From Candidatus Borrarchaeum weybense (GTDB lineage Archaea; Asgardarchaeota; Sifarchaeia; Borrarchaeales; Borrarchaeaceae), in the NCBI GenBank assembly GCA_019057385.1, contig JAHQJS010000007.1:224001-288000 (forward strand): a DNA stretch of 64,000 bases. The letters are read 5' to 3'. Under the pieces are notes generated by a model, which was given only the letters and a program-made list of their open reading frames with translations, was not told where the DNA came from and did no database searches. Made by a program: the position numbers and the translations under genes. Below are positions 1-10,528 of this stretch, one piece after another. How positions within the stretch are numbered: position 1 is the stretch's first letter; the number at the start of each line of letters is the position of its first letter.

Positions 1-1
1 G

Positions 2-1312
2 AGAGTCATAATTAAAGAAGAGAATATCGATTTAGAGACTCATAGTTTTTTACGAGAATGTGGCATCACGGCTGTAGTTTTACTCAAATTTGATCTTGCA
101 ATGGGACCATATATCGCTTTTAAAAGCGTGTATGAGCAAAATGTAAATAGTATAAGACCCCTAGAAGATCCTGAATATCTTGCACAATTTTATGTTGGCA
201 TTTCAGGAACTGAAATGGATACTCTCGAAAAAAATGAAGAACGAATCGTCATTGCTCGCCAAAAATACGTTATAGACGCCACACATGTTACTGATGTTCT
301 ACTTCTCTGCATAGACAATGAAATATCAACTTCTTCGGCTATTACCTTTGCTCAAGAACTAATAACTAATTCGAATGCTGAGCCTCATCACCTTGAAGAG
401 TTACTTGTACAACTTAAAGAAACGGCACCGGATTTGGAATTCCAATTGAAAATTCACCCTCAGAGGATACCTTTAGAACTACAAAGCTTGAATAGAGTTC
501 AAAAATTGAATAAATTAACAAAATTTAAAAAATTTGTAACCAAGCCTTTGGATTTATTTCAAAAAATAGAAACTAATGAAATTGAACTCATGTTCACTCA
601 ATTACGTAAATCTATGTTCTTCATTCGAATACCTTTTGAGGATCTAGATATCACTCGCTTTTTTGAAACTTTTCTCACCCAAATTTCAATAGATAAGAAT
701 ACTGTCTTTTCTATTGAAATGATCCAAATTAATGCGAGATTCTATTTAGTTATGACATTAGTTTTACCACCCAATCAAAGAAATTTTATAGAACGTTTAG
801 CTGGCAGTTTGAATATGAGAGGCTTTTCCATCTCACTTGTAAAAGAAAAAGATTTGAAAAAACATTGGATTGCACCCTTAGGGATCACGAACGGTACATC
901 AATTCGAATCTCGCGAAAACACAAAAACTATATTCAAGTGCTTAATTCACCACAGCGTTTGATCTCCTTGTATAAAAGCAAGACAATACTACCACTCACC
1001 TTAACAACACTTACACAAATTCAAGAATCATTGTGTACTACTATCCTCTGTAGAGGTTTAAAGAAGAATAAGGCTTGTGTTGAAATACTATTTGCAAAAG
1101 TACACTCGTCTAAAGCAGAGATCGATCAATTTGAGCTTCCTAAAGAACTTTCTAGGTATTTTTTTAAAGTAAAAGGTAGACGAGCATTAACAGACACGAT
1201 AAAGGCCCTATTATTAAGAGATTGTTCGAAAGGTATTAAACTCTCATTAAAAGAATTATATGAATTCTTTCTAGGAATAGATTTAGTAAATCTTGAAAAA
1301 CTTGTTAAATAA
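2..1312 (+). CDS. Edge-truncated hypothetical protein with longin/uDENN-like segment
   Basis: The frame of ORF 101..1312 is open back to base 2 (RVIIKEE...GITAVVLLKFDLAMGPYIAF), so the true start is probably outside the window. The hydrophobic strand + FDxxxGP motif resembles longin/uDENN N-termini. Confidence 0.55.
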   Translation, partial: RVIIKEENIDLETHSFLRECGITAVVLLKFDLAMGPYIAFKSVYEQNVNSIRPLEDPEYLAQFYVGISGTEMDTLEKNEERIVIARQKYVIDATHVTDVLLLCIDNEISTSSAITFAQELITNSNAEPHHLEELLVQLKETAPDLEFQLKIHPQRIPLELQSLNRVQKLNKLTKFKKFVTKPLDLFQKIETNEIELMFTQLRKSMFFIRIPFEDLDITRFFETFLTQISIDKNTVFSIEMIQINARFYLVMTLVLPPNQRNFIERLAGSLNMRGFSISLVKEKDLKKHWIAPLGITNGTSIRISRKHKNYIQVLNSPQRLISLYKSKTILPLTLTTLTQIQESLCTTILCRGLKKNKACVEILFAKVHSSKAEIDQFELPKELSRYFFKVKGRRALTDTIKALLLRDCSKGIKLSLKELYEFFLGIDLVNLEKLVK

Positions 1313-1344
1313 TACAAATTCCAAAAAATATTGCTACCAGGTTA

Positions 1345-1602
1345 TCAAGAAAGAATGATTCTTTCTACTTGTTTTTCTTTAGATATTTCGTTAAACAAAC
1401 TAGAGAAGTGTTCCTCGGCAGTTTTTAGTTCCTCAAATTCATAAAAATCATTAATTTTTGTTTCTTCAGAAATAAAAAGAAAGTATTTATCACCACAGCC
1501 TCGAATTAAACACAAGAATGTGTCTTCATCAAAGCAGAAGCTTTGAATTAATTCCCATCTGCACCCGCTAGAGACTTTTTTTACCAATGTTTCTACTACC
1601 AT
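1345..1602 (-). CDS. Small hypothetical protein
   Basis: 85-aa ORF; its ATG overlaps the stop of the upstream ATPase gene (TAATG coupling). Confidence 0.6.
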   Translation of the reverse strand: MVVETLVKKVSSGCRWELIQSFCFDEDTFLCLIRGCGDKYFLFISEETKINDFYEFEELKTAEEHFSSLFNEISKEKQVERIILS

Positions 1603-4445
1603 TAAACATTCCCTCCTTCATTCATGGCAGTTTTATGTGTTGATCTATCACTTTTCATGTATGATTTTATGCTAAGATCGTCCCAATACTCCATAGATTC
1701 CTCTGCCGTGCACTCCGAAAAGATGGTTTTTTCCGCTTTTGCTAGAATTCCTTCATTTTCTTTTGTGCAAGAAGTCACTTTCGCGTACAAATTTGGATAA
1801 TTCAATAGGTTATGTGCGCGGATTACTTCCTCATCGACATTGCTACTCTTAAAGTCGTTTGTACGTATACGTGTTGGATGCTTCAATGTAGGTGAAAAAA
1901 TCAGACATTCCTGTGATCTTATACGCTTCAGATAGTTAACTTGTCTCTCGTCTAAGTTCATGTATTTTTGAAGTAATTCTGCATCTTTTGTCAATTGAAA
2001 TGAAATGATAGTGTAACTATTGGCTAGACTGTTCTCAGCGAAAAGAGGACGTGTCCCTACGAAGACGAAACCAACTCCATATGCTCGTAATAATATGCTA
2101 AGATCTTCAGTTGGTGTTGCATCAATGCTCGTCTGTTTTCTATATAACTCAGGAACAAGAAACTGACATTCCTCTACCACAATTAAGTTGCGTAACTGCT
2201 GCTGAAGCCCTCGCTTAATGGAATTAGCCCCATATAAGCGCACTAAAATATTCATTAAAAACCTAATATCATCCTTTGGAACGCGTTGAGACTGAAGGAA
2301 ACCTAAATCAATAATAACCTTCTTTTTAATGAGTTCATCAAAAGATATGTTCGATCTACTTACATCAAAGATTTCTTTTAGTACACCTCGAATAAACTTG
2401 TTTAGACGATTTTGCAATGCAGTAACTGTCTTCTCCAAATATGAAAACTTGTTCTTGTATTGTATCGCATAGTTATCAAGCGCTTTCAGAAAGCCTTTAA
2501 ATCCGTTGAGGCGTGCTGTTGTATCTGCAATATATTCATCAAGAACGTCTTTAAGCACGCGCTCCATTTGTACTGAAAGATCAATATCCTGTTGCAACAT
2601 AGTAGAATAAACTTCACGTATGAGGGAAAATACTCTGTCTGCATGTTCCTCAGGAGAAAATCCGCAAGGATCGAAAATATTTATCTGCAATGGTGCATAT
2701 TCTGAACCTGGAGCAAATATAAGGATATCATTAAGTATCTCACGTGGAAATAGAGGAAGCAATTGTGTGTATTCAGATTTATAATCAAAAATAATCCAGT
2801 CAATCAGTGGGAATTCACTTGAGAGCAATAGAACAATATTTTTTGTAAGACACGTTTTTCCACTTCCGATCAACCCAATAACTGTTGTATTGCGTCTTAA
2901 ATCTTCAATTTTAACTTTTAAAGGCTGTAAAATCTTATCTCTAGAAACAACATGCCCAATTTCTATTCCTTCAACTAGGTCAGTCACTTCAAGAGGTATC
3001 TCAAACTCTGGAATAAAATTGCTGTCTATTCCACGTACTGGTCTCTCTGGTAGATGTGTAAACGGCGATAAGTGAAATATATTCATCTTGGTTTCATTTT
3101 CTATCGATAATTTCATTCCAGCACGTTTATATGCGCGTCTAAGTTTTCTACCTTCTAAAATAGACGTTTTAATACCATAATGAACTCCTGAATAAATAGT
3201 ATTGAGTGAATTTTCAATGTTTAATGTCACACGCCTACATATTTCTTCATCTTTTGCAGAGACTAAGACATAAGTCGATACTTTAGTAAATCCAGGTTGC
3301 ATTTCATTTAGATATTCTAAGGATTCCTGCTTTTTCTGGCTTTTAAAAAAGTTCACGGGCTCATTAATTAAAGCAATGTCGTTTGTATCCGTTATTAGTT
3401 GTTCTAATTCTTTTTCACGAATATTAAAACTCTTGAAATTCGTCACGAAATTTATTTCTGCTTGTAAACTAAGACAATGCCTGATAAATTGGTCGTGTTG
3501 TGTTATTACCCTGTGTGGTTTTTTCTCAGGTTGACCTTCAACAGCAATAATAGAAACATGACGAATATCATGAGATGATATTATTTGGGAGATTCCCTGA
3601 ACATAAAGCACCGATCTGTCTTGTCCGTGTCTTAAGAATTTAGGTAGTACTGTAAAAGCTGATAATTCTTTTTCAGACACGATTTCACTTTCAACCTCAA
3701 ATGAAAGCGATTCAAGACTCCCTTTCATGCGATTAAGAGCGGATTGGGCTGCTTCTATTGCTTTGTTTTCCCTTCGACCTGTTCCAAAAACATATCGTCT
3801 TATCTTGACGGTTCCTCCTTCTTTTATAGAAATCTCATGTGCACCTTGTTTACACTTCTTTAGGTATGCTGAGATATCTTCATTTTCATATTTTTGAAAA
3901 TTTGTGCTTTTTGAAACATCTTGGAATATAGAGGGACGTTGTGCATAGTTCATAACTTCCCTTGACAGACTTTTGATTTCTAACGCTTGAATCACGAAAT
4001 ATCTGTCTGGAAACATGAAGAAAGCAAAAATACTAAATAGCCACATAAATTTACGAAAAAAATTCGGCAATGGAAGCTTTCGCTGGAAAATGATTCTATT
4101 TGAACCAAGTGAATGTAATTCGTACTCTGAAAAGATACGAACACTAAGAACACTGATAAGAGCAAAAATGACGAAAGTAATAACGAATGGATAATCGAGA
4201 ATTTTGGATCCTAAACTTAATGAAGTAAAAGGAAATTGAGCAAGTACATTCTTGAAAACGAAATAGTCTAGAAAATAGATAGCAAAACTTGAACAAAAAG
4301 TGAAAAAAAGCATATGAATAATGATCGCTTCCATTTTCTCCTTAAACAAACCCTCTGAAAACCTTGAGTGTTTTAATACAACATATATAGAGAAAAAGAA
4401 GCAGGAAATTACTATAATGAACAAATGTACGATATTAATGAACAT
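1602..4445 (-). CDS. Membrane-anchored HerA/VirB4/FtsK-like ATPase (DUF87-type)
   Basis: N-terminal TM helices, Walker A GLIGSGKT, IIFDYKSEY, Walker B IVVEECQ, LRAYGVGF motif. Confidence 0.8.
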   Translation of the reverse strand: MFINIVHLFIIVISCFFFSIYVVLKHSRFSEGLFKEKMEAIIIHMLFFTFCSSFAIYFLDYFVFKNVLAQFPFTSLSLGSKILDYPFVITFVIFALISVLSVRIFSEYELHSLGSNRIIFQRKLPLPNFFRKFMWLFSIFAFFMFPDRYFVIQALEIKSLSREVMNYAQRPSIFQDVSKSTNFQKYENEDISAYLKKCKQGAHEISIKEGGTVKIRRYVFGTGRRENKAIEAAQSALNRMKGSLESLSFEVESEIVSEKELSAFTVLPKFLRHGQDRSVLYVQGISQIISSHDIRHVSIIAVEGQPEKKPHRVITQHDQFIRHCLSLQAEINFVTNFKSFNIREKELEQLITDTNDIALINEPVNFFKSQKKQESLEYLNEMQPGFTKVSTYVLVSAKDEEICRRVTLNIENSLNTIYSGVHYGIKTSILEGRKLRRAYKRAGMKLSIENETKMNIFHLSPFTHLPERPVRGIDSNFIPEFEIPLEVTDLVEGIEIGHVVSRDKILQPLKVKIEDLRRNTTVIGLIGSGKTCLTKNIVLLLSSEFPLIDWIIFDYKSEYTQLLPLFPREILNDILIFAPGSEYAPLQINIFDPCGFSPEEHADRVFSLIREVYSTMLQQDIDLSVQMERVLKDVLDEYIADTTARLNGFKGFLKALDNYAIQYKNKFSYLEKTVTALQNRLNKFIRGVLKEIFDVSRSNISFDELIKKKVIIDLGFLQSQRVPKDDIRFLMNILVRLYGANSIKRGLQQQLRNLIVVEECQFLVPELYRKQTSIDATPTEDLSILLRAYGVGFVFVGTRPLFAENSLANSYTIISFQLTKDAELLQKYMNLDERQVNYLKRIRSQECLIFSPTLKHPTRIRTNDFKSSNVDEEVIRAHNLLNYPNLYAKVTSCTKENEGILAKAEKTIFSECTAEESMEYWDDLSIKSYMKSDRSTHKTAMNEGGNV

Positions 4446-4844
4446 TTAACAAGCCTCAAGATCTTCAACTAAAGAAAAAAGAGTAAAAGATTTCAAAAAG
4501 TAAAGACATTTGCATACTTCATCAAAAAAACATTTAATCATGGCCAATGTCCGCCTGAATGTAATAATTAACTCTCATAAAATATTACTATGTTTTAGCG
4601 TTTCAAATACTGAATTTTAATGAATTATAAAAGATCAACGACTTTTTTATAAATAAGGATTATTTTAAAAAGAAAATGAGTTATCTAAAGCTCAAATTAA
4701 GTTTATGGAGTCCTCAGTGAAAGTATTAGCTACCAAAAAATTTGCAGAATTATCTAAATCATATTGAACGAGAATTTCGTTAAAAATCGAGGGGCTTAAT
4801 AATATACTCCAATTATCATCTTCAGTTAAAGTTGAGGACAAGAA

Positions 4845-5174
4845 ATGAGATATCTAAACGCAGTATTAGGATTAATCCTTCATGTCATAATTATAATTCT
4901 CGCTTATCTACCGTTATTTGTACGATGTCTCAATTTGGGGTTCCATGAAACCTATCCTGTACTTATCCTTTTTTGGCTTCTATCTCTCAATGAGTTATTG
5001 TTGGCTATAACTCCACCTTCAGTTTTAGTCTTGCCAGTATGCTCGTTTTCAATTAGTATGGTTATTGGCTTTTTTTTCACTCATATTTTTCCATGGGTTT
5101 ATCCTTTTCTTGTATTCGGATTCATTCTTTTTGTACTGGGACTTCTCCTTCAGTTTTTGATAACCTTAATTTGA
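4845..5174 (+). CDS. Small multi-pass membrane protein
   Basis: 109 aa, almost entirely hydrophobic (about 4 TM); GAGG upstream. Confidence 0.6.
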   Translation: MRYLNAVLGLILHVIIIILAYLPLFVRCLNLGFHETYPVLILFWLLSLNELLLAITPPSVLVLPVCSFSISMVIGFFFTHIFPWVYPFLVFGFILFVLGLLLQFLITLI

Positions 5175-5304
5175 TCTGAAAGAATTACAAAAGTCGTGAG
5201 GTTTTTATATCTACATGCATGTAGCTTGTAAAGATTTTACAAATAAGAAACCTCTATTATGGGAATTCTTAAGGAGACTAAATACATAGAGAAAGGTGTG
5301 TTAA

Positions 5305-5490
5305 ATGATAAAGAAGTTTTTTCAGAATAAACGAGGTTCTCCTTTGATTGAAGAGGTTATGTTAATCGGAATGGCCATTCTTATGTTTGCACTGGTAATC
5401 AGTTTGATATTTGATATCTTTAATTGGACTGGTGCATCAACCTCCGAACTCTATCAAGAACTGGCCAATCTTTGGAGTGAGTTTCGTTGA
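5305..5490 (+). CDS. Small archaeal type IV/Flp-like pilin (class III signal peptide)
   Basis: Basic leader NKRG|SPLIEE with Glu at +5, followed by a hydrophobic helix; AGGTG upstream. Confidence 0.7.
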   Translation: MIKKFFQNKRGSPLIEEVMLIGMAILMFALVISLIFDIFNWTGASTSELYQELANLWSEFR

Positions 5491-5547
5491 TGAAAATATT
5501 GTCTAAGGACAATATCTTCCAGTTCATGTTATTAAGGATCTAGGGAT

Positions 5548-8298
5548 TTAACTATTATTAACCAGATTTCTTAGAACTGTATGCAATATACCGCCGTTAC
5601 AGTAATATTCCACCTCAATAGGCGTGTCTAATCTTATAAGAACTTGAAATTTTATCTCATTTGCCTTCTTATCCTTAGCAATAACAGTTAACTCTCCTTT
5701 TGGCTCAATGTTCCTGATACCTAAAATATCGTAAACTTCATCGCCTTTTAGACCTAGTTTATTGGCGTTCTCTCCTTCCATGAACTGTAAAGGTAAGACC
5801 CCCATTCCTAATAAATTGCTTCGGTGAATTCGCTCAAAAGATTCGGCTATTACTGCTTCAACCCCTAAAAGTTGTGTGCCTTTAGCCGCCCAATCACGAG
5901 AACTTCCAGTACCATATTCTTTGCCTGCAATGATAATAAGCGGTAAATTTTTCTCTTGATAACGCATTGAAGCATCGTAAATCGGTATTTCCTCACCAGT
6001 TAACTGAAATAAAGTCCATCCGCCTTCCTTGTCATGAACCAATTTGTTTCTGAGACGTATATTACCAAATGTGCCTCGCATCATCACATCGTGATTGCCT
6101 CGTCTTGATCCAAAAGAATTGAAATCATCGATTTGAACTCCTTGGGATATTAGATACAAACCCGCTGGTTCATTAGAGGGAATTGCGCCTGCAGGGGAGA
6201 TATGATCTGTTGTAATGGTATCACCTAGAAGTGCAAGTAACCTAGCATCTTTAATATCATCTTTCTCAGGGGGCTCAAGCGGGAAATCAATAAAGAAGGG
6301 AGGCTCCTGAATATATGTTGAATTTGGATCCCATTCATAGAGTTTTCCTACTGGAACATCAAGTTCCTTCCAGAGTTGTGTACCTTCAAAGATTTCAGAA
6401 TATTGTGTGTCAAACATCTTGGCATCAACAGTTTTTTCCACAATTTCTTGGATTTCCTCAGATGTTGGCCAGATATCTTTGAGATATACTGGATTACTAT
6501 TAGGATCATAACCTAATGGCTCTCTTATTAGATCTATATTTATTGTACCTGCTATAGCATATGCAACTACTAGAGGCGGCGAGGCGAGATAATTTGCTTT
6601 AACAAGAGGATGTATCCTTCCTTCGAAATTTCTATTTCCACTGAGAACAGCAGCTACTACTAAATCATTTTCTTGAACAGTTTTTGCTATTTTTTCGGGA
6701 AGAGGCCCGCTGTTACCAATGCAGGTTGTGCATCCATAACCTGCTAAGTGGAAACCCAAAGCTTCTAAGTATGGTAAGAGTCCTGATTCTTTAAGATAGT
6801 CAGTCACCACTCGAGAACCGGGCGCAAGGCTTGTTTTAACGTGGGAGCTGACCTTAAGCCCATGTTTTACTGCCTTTCTCGCTAATAGTCCTGCTCCCAA
6901 CATTACTGAAGGATTTGAAGTATTTGTACATGATGTTATAGCCGCGATCACAATTGAACCATTAATAATATCAGACGATTTGAAATGATCTACTGGACTT
7001 GTTACGCTGTAATCTTTTACATTATCCTCCAGCAAGCGTTTATAGTTATGGTTTTCTAACTCTTTCCTAATTTCTATTTTCTTGCCGAAAGTTCTATCCA
7101 TAGCTTCCAGAAATGTGTTCTTCATCTCGCCAAGAGGTATGCGATCCTGTGGTCTTTTCGGTCCCGCTAGGCTTGGTTCTACAGTTCCTAGATCTAATTC
7201 TAATGTTTCGCTGAAAAGTGGCTCAGGTGCATTCTCGGTCAAAAAAAGGCCTTGTTCAATGGCATATAGTTTAACTAATTCAACTTGCTCCTTCTTCCTT
7301 CCAGTTAACAAAAGGTAATCTAATGTCTTTTCATCAATTGGAAAGAAGCCGATTGTAGCGCCATACTCTGGTGACATGTTGGCGATGGTAGCTCGGTCAG
7401 GCAGGCTAAGCTTACTGACTCCTGATCCATAAAATTCAACGAATTTGCCTACAACGCCATGTTCCCTTAGTATTTGAGTAACCCTAAGGACAAGATCTGT
7501 GGCTGTTACACCTTCTTTTAATTCACCATATAACTTAACACCGACTACTTCTGGAACTGGCATATAATAAGGTTGACCAAGCATAACAGCCTCAGCTTCT
7601 ATTCCACCTACACCCCAACCCAAAATCCCTAAGCCATTTATCATAGTTGTATGAGAATCAGTACCAACAAGATTATCTGGATAGGCAACTAACTCACCGT
7701 TTACATTTCTTAACTGAACAACTTTGCCAAGATATTCCAAGTTTACTTGGTGTACAATTCCTCTTCCAGGAGGAACAACTCGAAAGTTATCGAAATTTAA
7801 CTGAGCCCAGCGTAGGAGCGCATAACGCTCGCGGTTACGTTCAAACTCCTTTTTCTCGTTAAATTGTCTGGCATATGATGTGCCAAAATAATCAACCTGA
7901 ACAGAATGATCAATTACAAGATCTGCGGGTATAAGAGGGTTAATATTAGCAGGATTTCCACCAAGTCTTTTAATGGCTGATCTCAAGGCTACAAGATCAA
8001 CTACTGCTGGGACTCCAGTAAAATCTTGCAAAACTACCCTTGCCGGAATGAAAGGAAGCTCACGTTCAAGTGTTTTATCAGGACTCCACTTAGCTAGTGC
8101 TTCTACATCTTCTTTAGTGACAATTCGACCGTCGATCTGACGTAAGAGTGCCTCTAATAGTATTCTAATAGAATAAGGAAGACGAGAAACGTTTCCAATC
8201 CCTATCTCTTCAAGTTTGCTAAGACGGTAGATTGTAATTTTTTTTTCATTGAGCTCAAGAGTATCTTTAGCCCCAAAAGCGTCTATGTTTGAACTCAT
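5548..8298 (-). CDS. acnA: Aconitate hydratase AcnA
   Basis: QDFTGVPAVVDL, DSHTTM, AITSCTNTSNP, GYGCTTCIGNSG, GSSRDWAAKG. Start placed at ATG 8298 (AGGTGA upstream) rather than 8358. Confidence 0.97.
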   Translation of the reverse strand: MSSNIDAFGAKDTLELNEKKITIYRLSKLEEIGIGNVSRLPYSIRILLEALLRQIDGRIVTKEDVEALAKWSPDKTLERELPFIPARVVLQDFTGVPAVVDLVALRSAIKRLGGNPANINPLIPADLVIDHSVQVDYFGTSYARQFNEKKEFERNRERYALLRWAQLNFDNFRVVPPGRGIVHQVNLEYLGKVVQLRNVNGELVAYPDNLVGTDSHTTMINGLGILGWGVGGIEAEAVMLGQPYYMPVPEVVGVKLYGELKEGVTATDLVLRVTQILREHGVVGKFVEFYGSGVSKLSLPDRATIANMSPEYGATIGFFPIDEKTLDYLLLTGRKKEQVELVKLYAIEQGLFLTENAPEPLFSETLELDLGTVEPSLAGPKRPQDRIPLGEMKNTFLEAMDRTFGKKIEIRKELENHNYKRLLEDNVKDYSVTSPVDHFKSSDIINGSIVIAAITSCTNTSNPSVMLGAGLLARKAVKHGLKVSSHVKTSLAPGSRVVTDYLKESGLLPYLEALGFHLAGYGCTTCIGNSGPLPEKIAKTVQENDLVVAAVLSGNRNFEGRIHPLVKANYLASPPLVVAYAIAGTINIDLIREPLGYDPNSNPVYLKDIWPTSEEIQEIVEKTVDAKMFDTQYSEIFEGTQLWKELDVPVGKLYEWDPNSTYIQEPPFFIDFPLEPPEKDDIKDARLLALLGDTITTDHISPAGAIPSNEPAGLYLISQGVQIDDFNSFGSRRGNHDVMMRGTFGNIRLRNKLVHDKEGGWTLFQLTGEEIPIYDASMRYQEKNLPLIIIAGKEYGTGSSRDWAAKGTQLLGVEAVIAESFERIHRSNLLGMGVLPLQFMEGENANKLGLKGDEVYDILGIRNIEPKGELTVIAKDKKANEIKFQVLIRLDTPIEVEYYCNGGILHTVLRNLVNNS

Positions 8299-8350
8299 AG
8301 CTTTCACCTTGATATCCACATTTAAAGTAGCAAGAACTCTTAGGAGTTCA

Positions 8351-8926
8351 TTAGTCATGGATTTTCTTTAACAACCAGGCCATGTTTTGACCGAGTACCT
8401 TCATTGTACGTAAACCTTCTTCATCTTGTTCAACTTCTCCTTTGTTGCGACCGATTCCCATATTCCAGTAACTAGAACCAGGAACCAACCACTGCCCTAT
8501 TAGGAAGAAATGGTTTATAGAATCGAAGGCATGGATTGAACCAGCTCGCCGAACTGCAACGACTGCAGCACCGACTTTACGCTTAAACATATCATCATTT
8601 GCTCTTGCAACTAATCCAGCACGATCAATTAGTGATTTCATTTCTGAAGTTATGTCTGCAACGTAAGTAGGTGAACCCAAGATTACGCCGTCAGCATCAA
8701 GCATTTTTTCAATGCATTCATTAGCTATATCATTTTTTACGGAGCATTGCTTATCCTTATTTTCGAAGCATTTGTAGCAAGCGATACAACCATTGATTTT
8801 CTTACCGGCTAGTTGAATCATCTCAGTTTCAATACCTTCATTCTCAAGTTCTTGGAAAACATGCTTGATAAGTATAGCGGTGTTTCCATCCTTACGTGCG
8901 CTTCCATTGAATGCCACAACTTTCAT
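8351..8926 (-). CDS. Iron-sulfur flavoprotein / flavodoxin family
   Basis: [17 protein letters not shown]...C cluster motif, GSPTY. Confidence 0.9.
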   Translation of the reverse strand: MKVVAFNGSARKDGNTAILIKHVFQELENEGIETEMIQLAGKKINGCIACYKCFENKDKQCSVKNDIANECIEKMLDADGVILGSPTYVADITSEMKSLIDRAGLVARANDDMFKRKVGAAVVAVRRAGSIHAFDSINHFFLIGQWLVPGSSYWNMGIGRNKGEVEQDEEGLRTMKVLGQNMAWLLKKIHD

Positions 8927-8932
8927 TTTATT

Positions 8933-9508
8933 TTACTCCTTTTTTAATTTCTTGCCGATTCCCCACGCTTTACCTAAATATTCACCTACAGCCCAGAAAC
9001 TGTTATCAGGCATGGTTAAAACGAATGGGTTGATTTTTTTGATATCAGGTTTGCCATCCTTGGTGAGATATTTCTCCTCAGTATAGGCTGCAACTATCTC
9101 ACCAATATACAAATTATTTGTAGGAAGTTCGTGGATATCAAAAAGTCTACACTCAATATTCATTCGGCATTGTTTTATCATTGGGGCAGTTTTCAATTCT
9201 CCGTAAAATACATCAAAAAGGTCTGATTTATCGGTTTTTCTTCCTGAAACCAGTCCACAATAATCCGTTTCTTCAATCATCTCAATGCTTGGAATGTTTA
9301 CACTGAAGGTTTCGTTCTCTCGAATACCTTCTGATGTATAATGCCGATTATTTATTCCTGCAACAAGTAGTGGCGGTTTGTAATTGCATCTGTTGATCCA
9401 CCCCACAGCCATAAAATTGGGGCGTCCTCCGACGTTTACACCAACCAACGTCATTGGCATGGGATATACAAAAGCTGTAGTTCCGATATTGATTTTTTCC
9501 ATTATCAT
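8933..9508 (-). CDS. Flavin reductase (flavoredoxin-like)
   Basis: YPMPMTLVG, PNFMAVGW, FSVNIP, GLVSGRKTDK. Confidence 0.9.
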   Translation of the reverse strand: MIMEKINIGTTAFVYPMPMTLVGVNVGGRPNFMAVGWINRCNYKPPLLVAGINNRHYTSEGIRENETFSVNIPSIEMIEETDYCGLVSGRKTDKSDLFDVFYGELKTAPMIKQCRMNIECRLFDIHELPTNNLYIGEIVAAYTEEKYLTKDGKPDIKKINPFVLTMPDNSFWAVGEYLGKAWGIGKKLKKE

Positions 9509-9572
9509 TTTGCTCCATTACCTATTTATTGTGAATTTATCATTTTATCTTTAATTCTATATGAAGTTTTTC

Positions 9573-10427
9573 TTAGTGGCTATCCAATTGTGTGAGTTCT
9601 ACACTAATGTCCCATAATTTTTGAGCAATTACTTCGTCATATGACTCTGTTGACGACTTTGCTACTTTTTTTCTTATGAAATATTTTCCAGTTACATTTT
9701 CGACATCGGGAGACGTAGCTAAGAAAATCGAAGTTTCTGCGCCCCTGCGAAGTTTATTGAAAGATTTTGAGGATATCTGGTGTTCTACATGAGTAGTTGA
9801 TCCAATATTAGTATCAATAACGCCTGGGTGTAAGCAATTTACAGTAACATTTGTATGCTTTAGTCTTTTGGCTAGTTCATAAGTAAAAAGTATAAGGGCT
9901 AGTTTAGATTGGCTGTATGCTGTCCATGCGTCATATCTATTTTCATTTTGAAGATCGTCAAGATTAAGATGAGACCATGTATGAGTTGCGGATGAAACAT
10001 TAATAATCCGTGCCGGTGCACTGGCTTTGATTGTATCAAGTAGTAAATGTGTAAGTAAGAATGGTGCTAAGAAATTAACTGCAAAGGTTGTTTCAATTCC
10101 ATCTATCGTCACTGAACGATTCTGAAGCAAAACACCAGCATTATTAATCAGTACATGGAGGTTTTGATATTTACTTTTGAAATCGGCGACCAACTGTATC
10201 ATAGCCTTTTGTGATGACAGATCGGCAATCAACAGATCAACTGATTGATTCCCTGTTTTTTCACGAATTTCTTCCCTTGCATCCTTTCCCCATTTTTGAT
10301 TACGACAAACCATAATCACTGTTGCATCCATTTCTGCCAAACCTAGAGCTGTTGCTTTCCCAATTCCAGAATTAGCTCCTGTGATCATGCAAATTTTTCC
10401 GTTCATGTTGAAAACCACCCTCATCAC
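9573..10427 (-). CDS. SDR oxidoreductase (retinol dehydrogenase-like)
   Basis: TGANSGIG, NNAG, YSQSK, HPGVIDT. Confidence 0.92.
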   Translation of the reverse strand: MMRVVFNMNGKICMITGANSGIGKATALGLAEMDATVIMVCRNQKWGKDAREEIREKTGNQSVDLLIADLSSQKAMIQLVADFKSKYQNLHVLINNAGVLLQNRSVTIDGIETTFAVNFLAPFLLTHLLLDTIKASAPARIINVSSATHTWSHLNLDDLQNENRYDAWTAYSQSKLALILFTYELAKRLKHTNVTVNCLHPGVIDTNIGSTTHVEHQISSKSFNKLRRGAETSIFLATSPDVENVTGKYFIRKKVAKSSTESYDEVIAQKLWDISVELTQLDSH

Positions 10428-10528
10428 CCAAATACTATTCTTTGAATAAAGGCAAAAGAGATTATATCATAATATCTATCTAGGCATTAGTTCTAATGAA
10501 CAACTCTACCAATAAAATTGCGTTTGTA

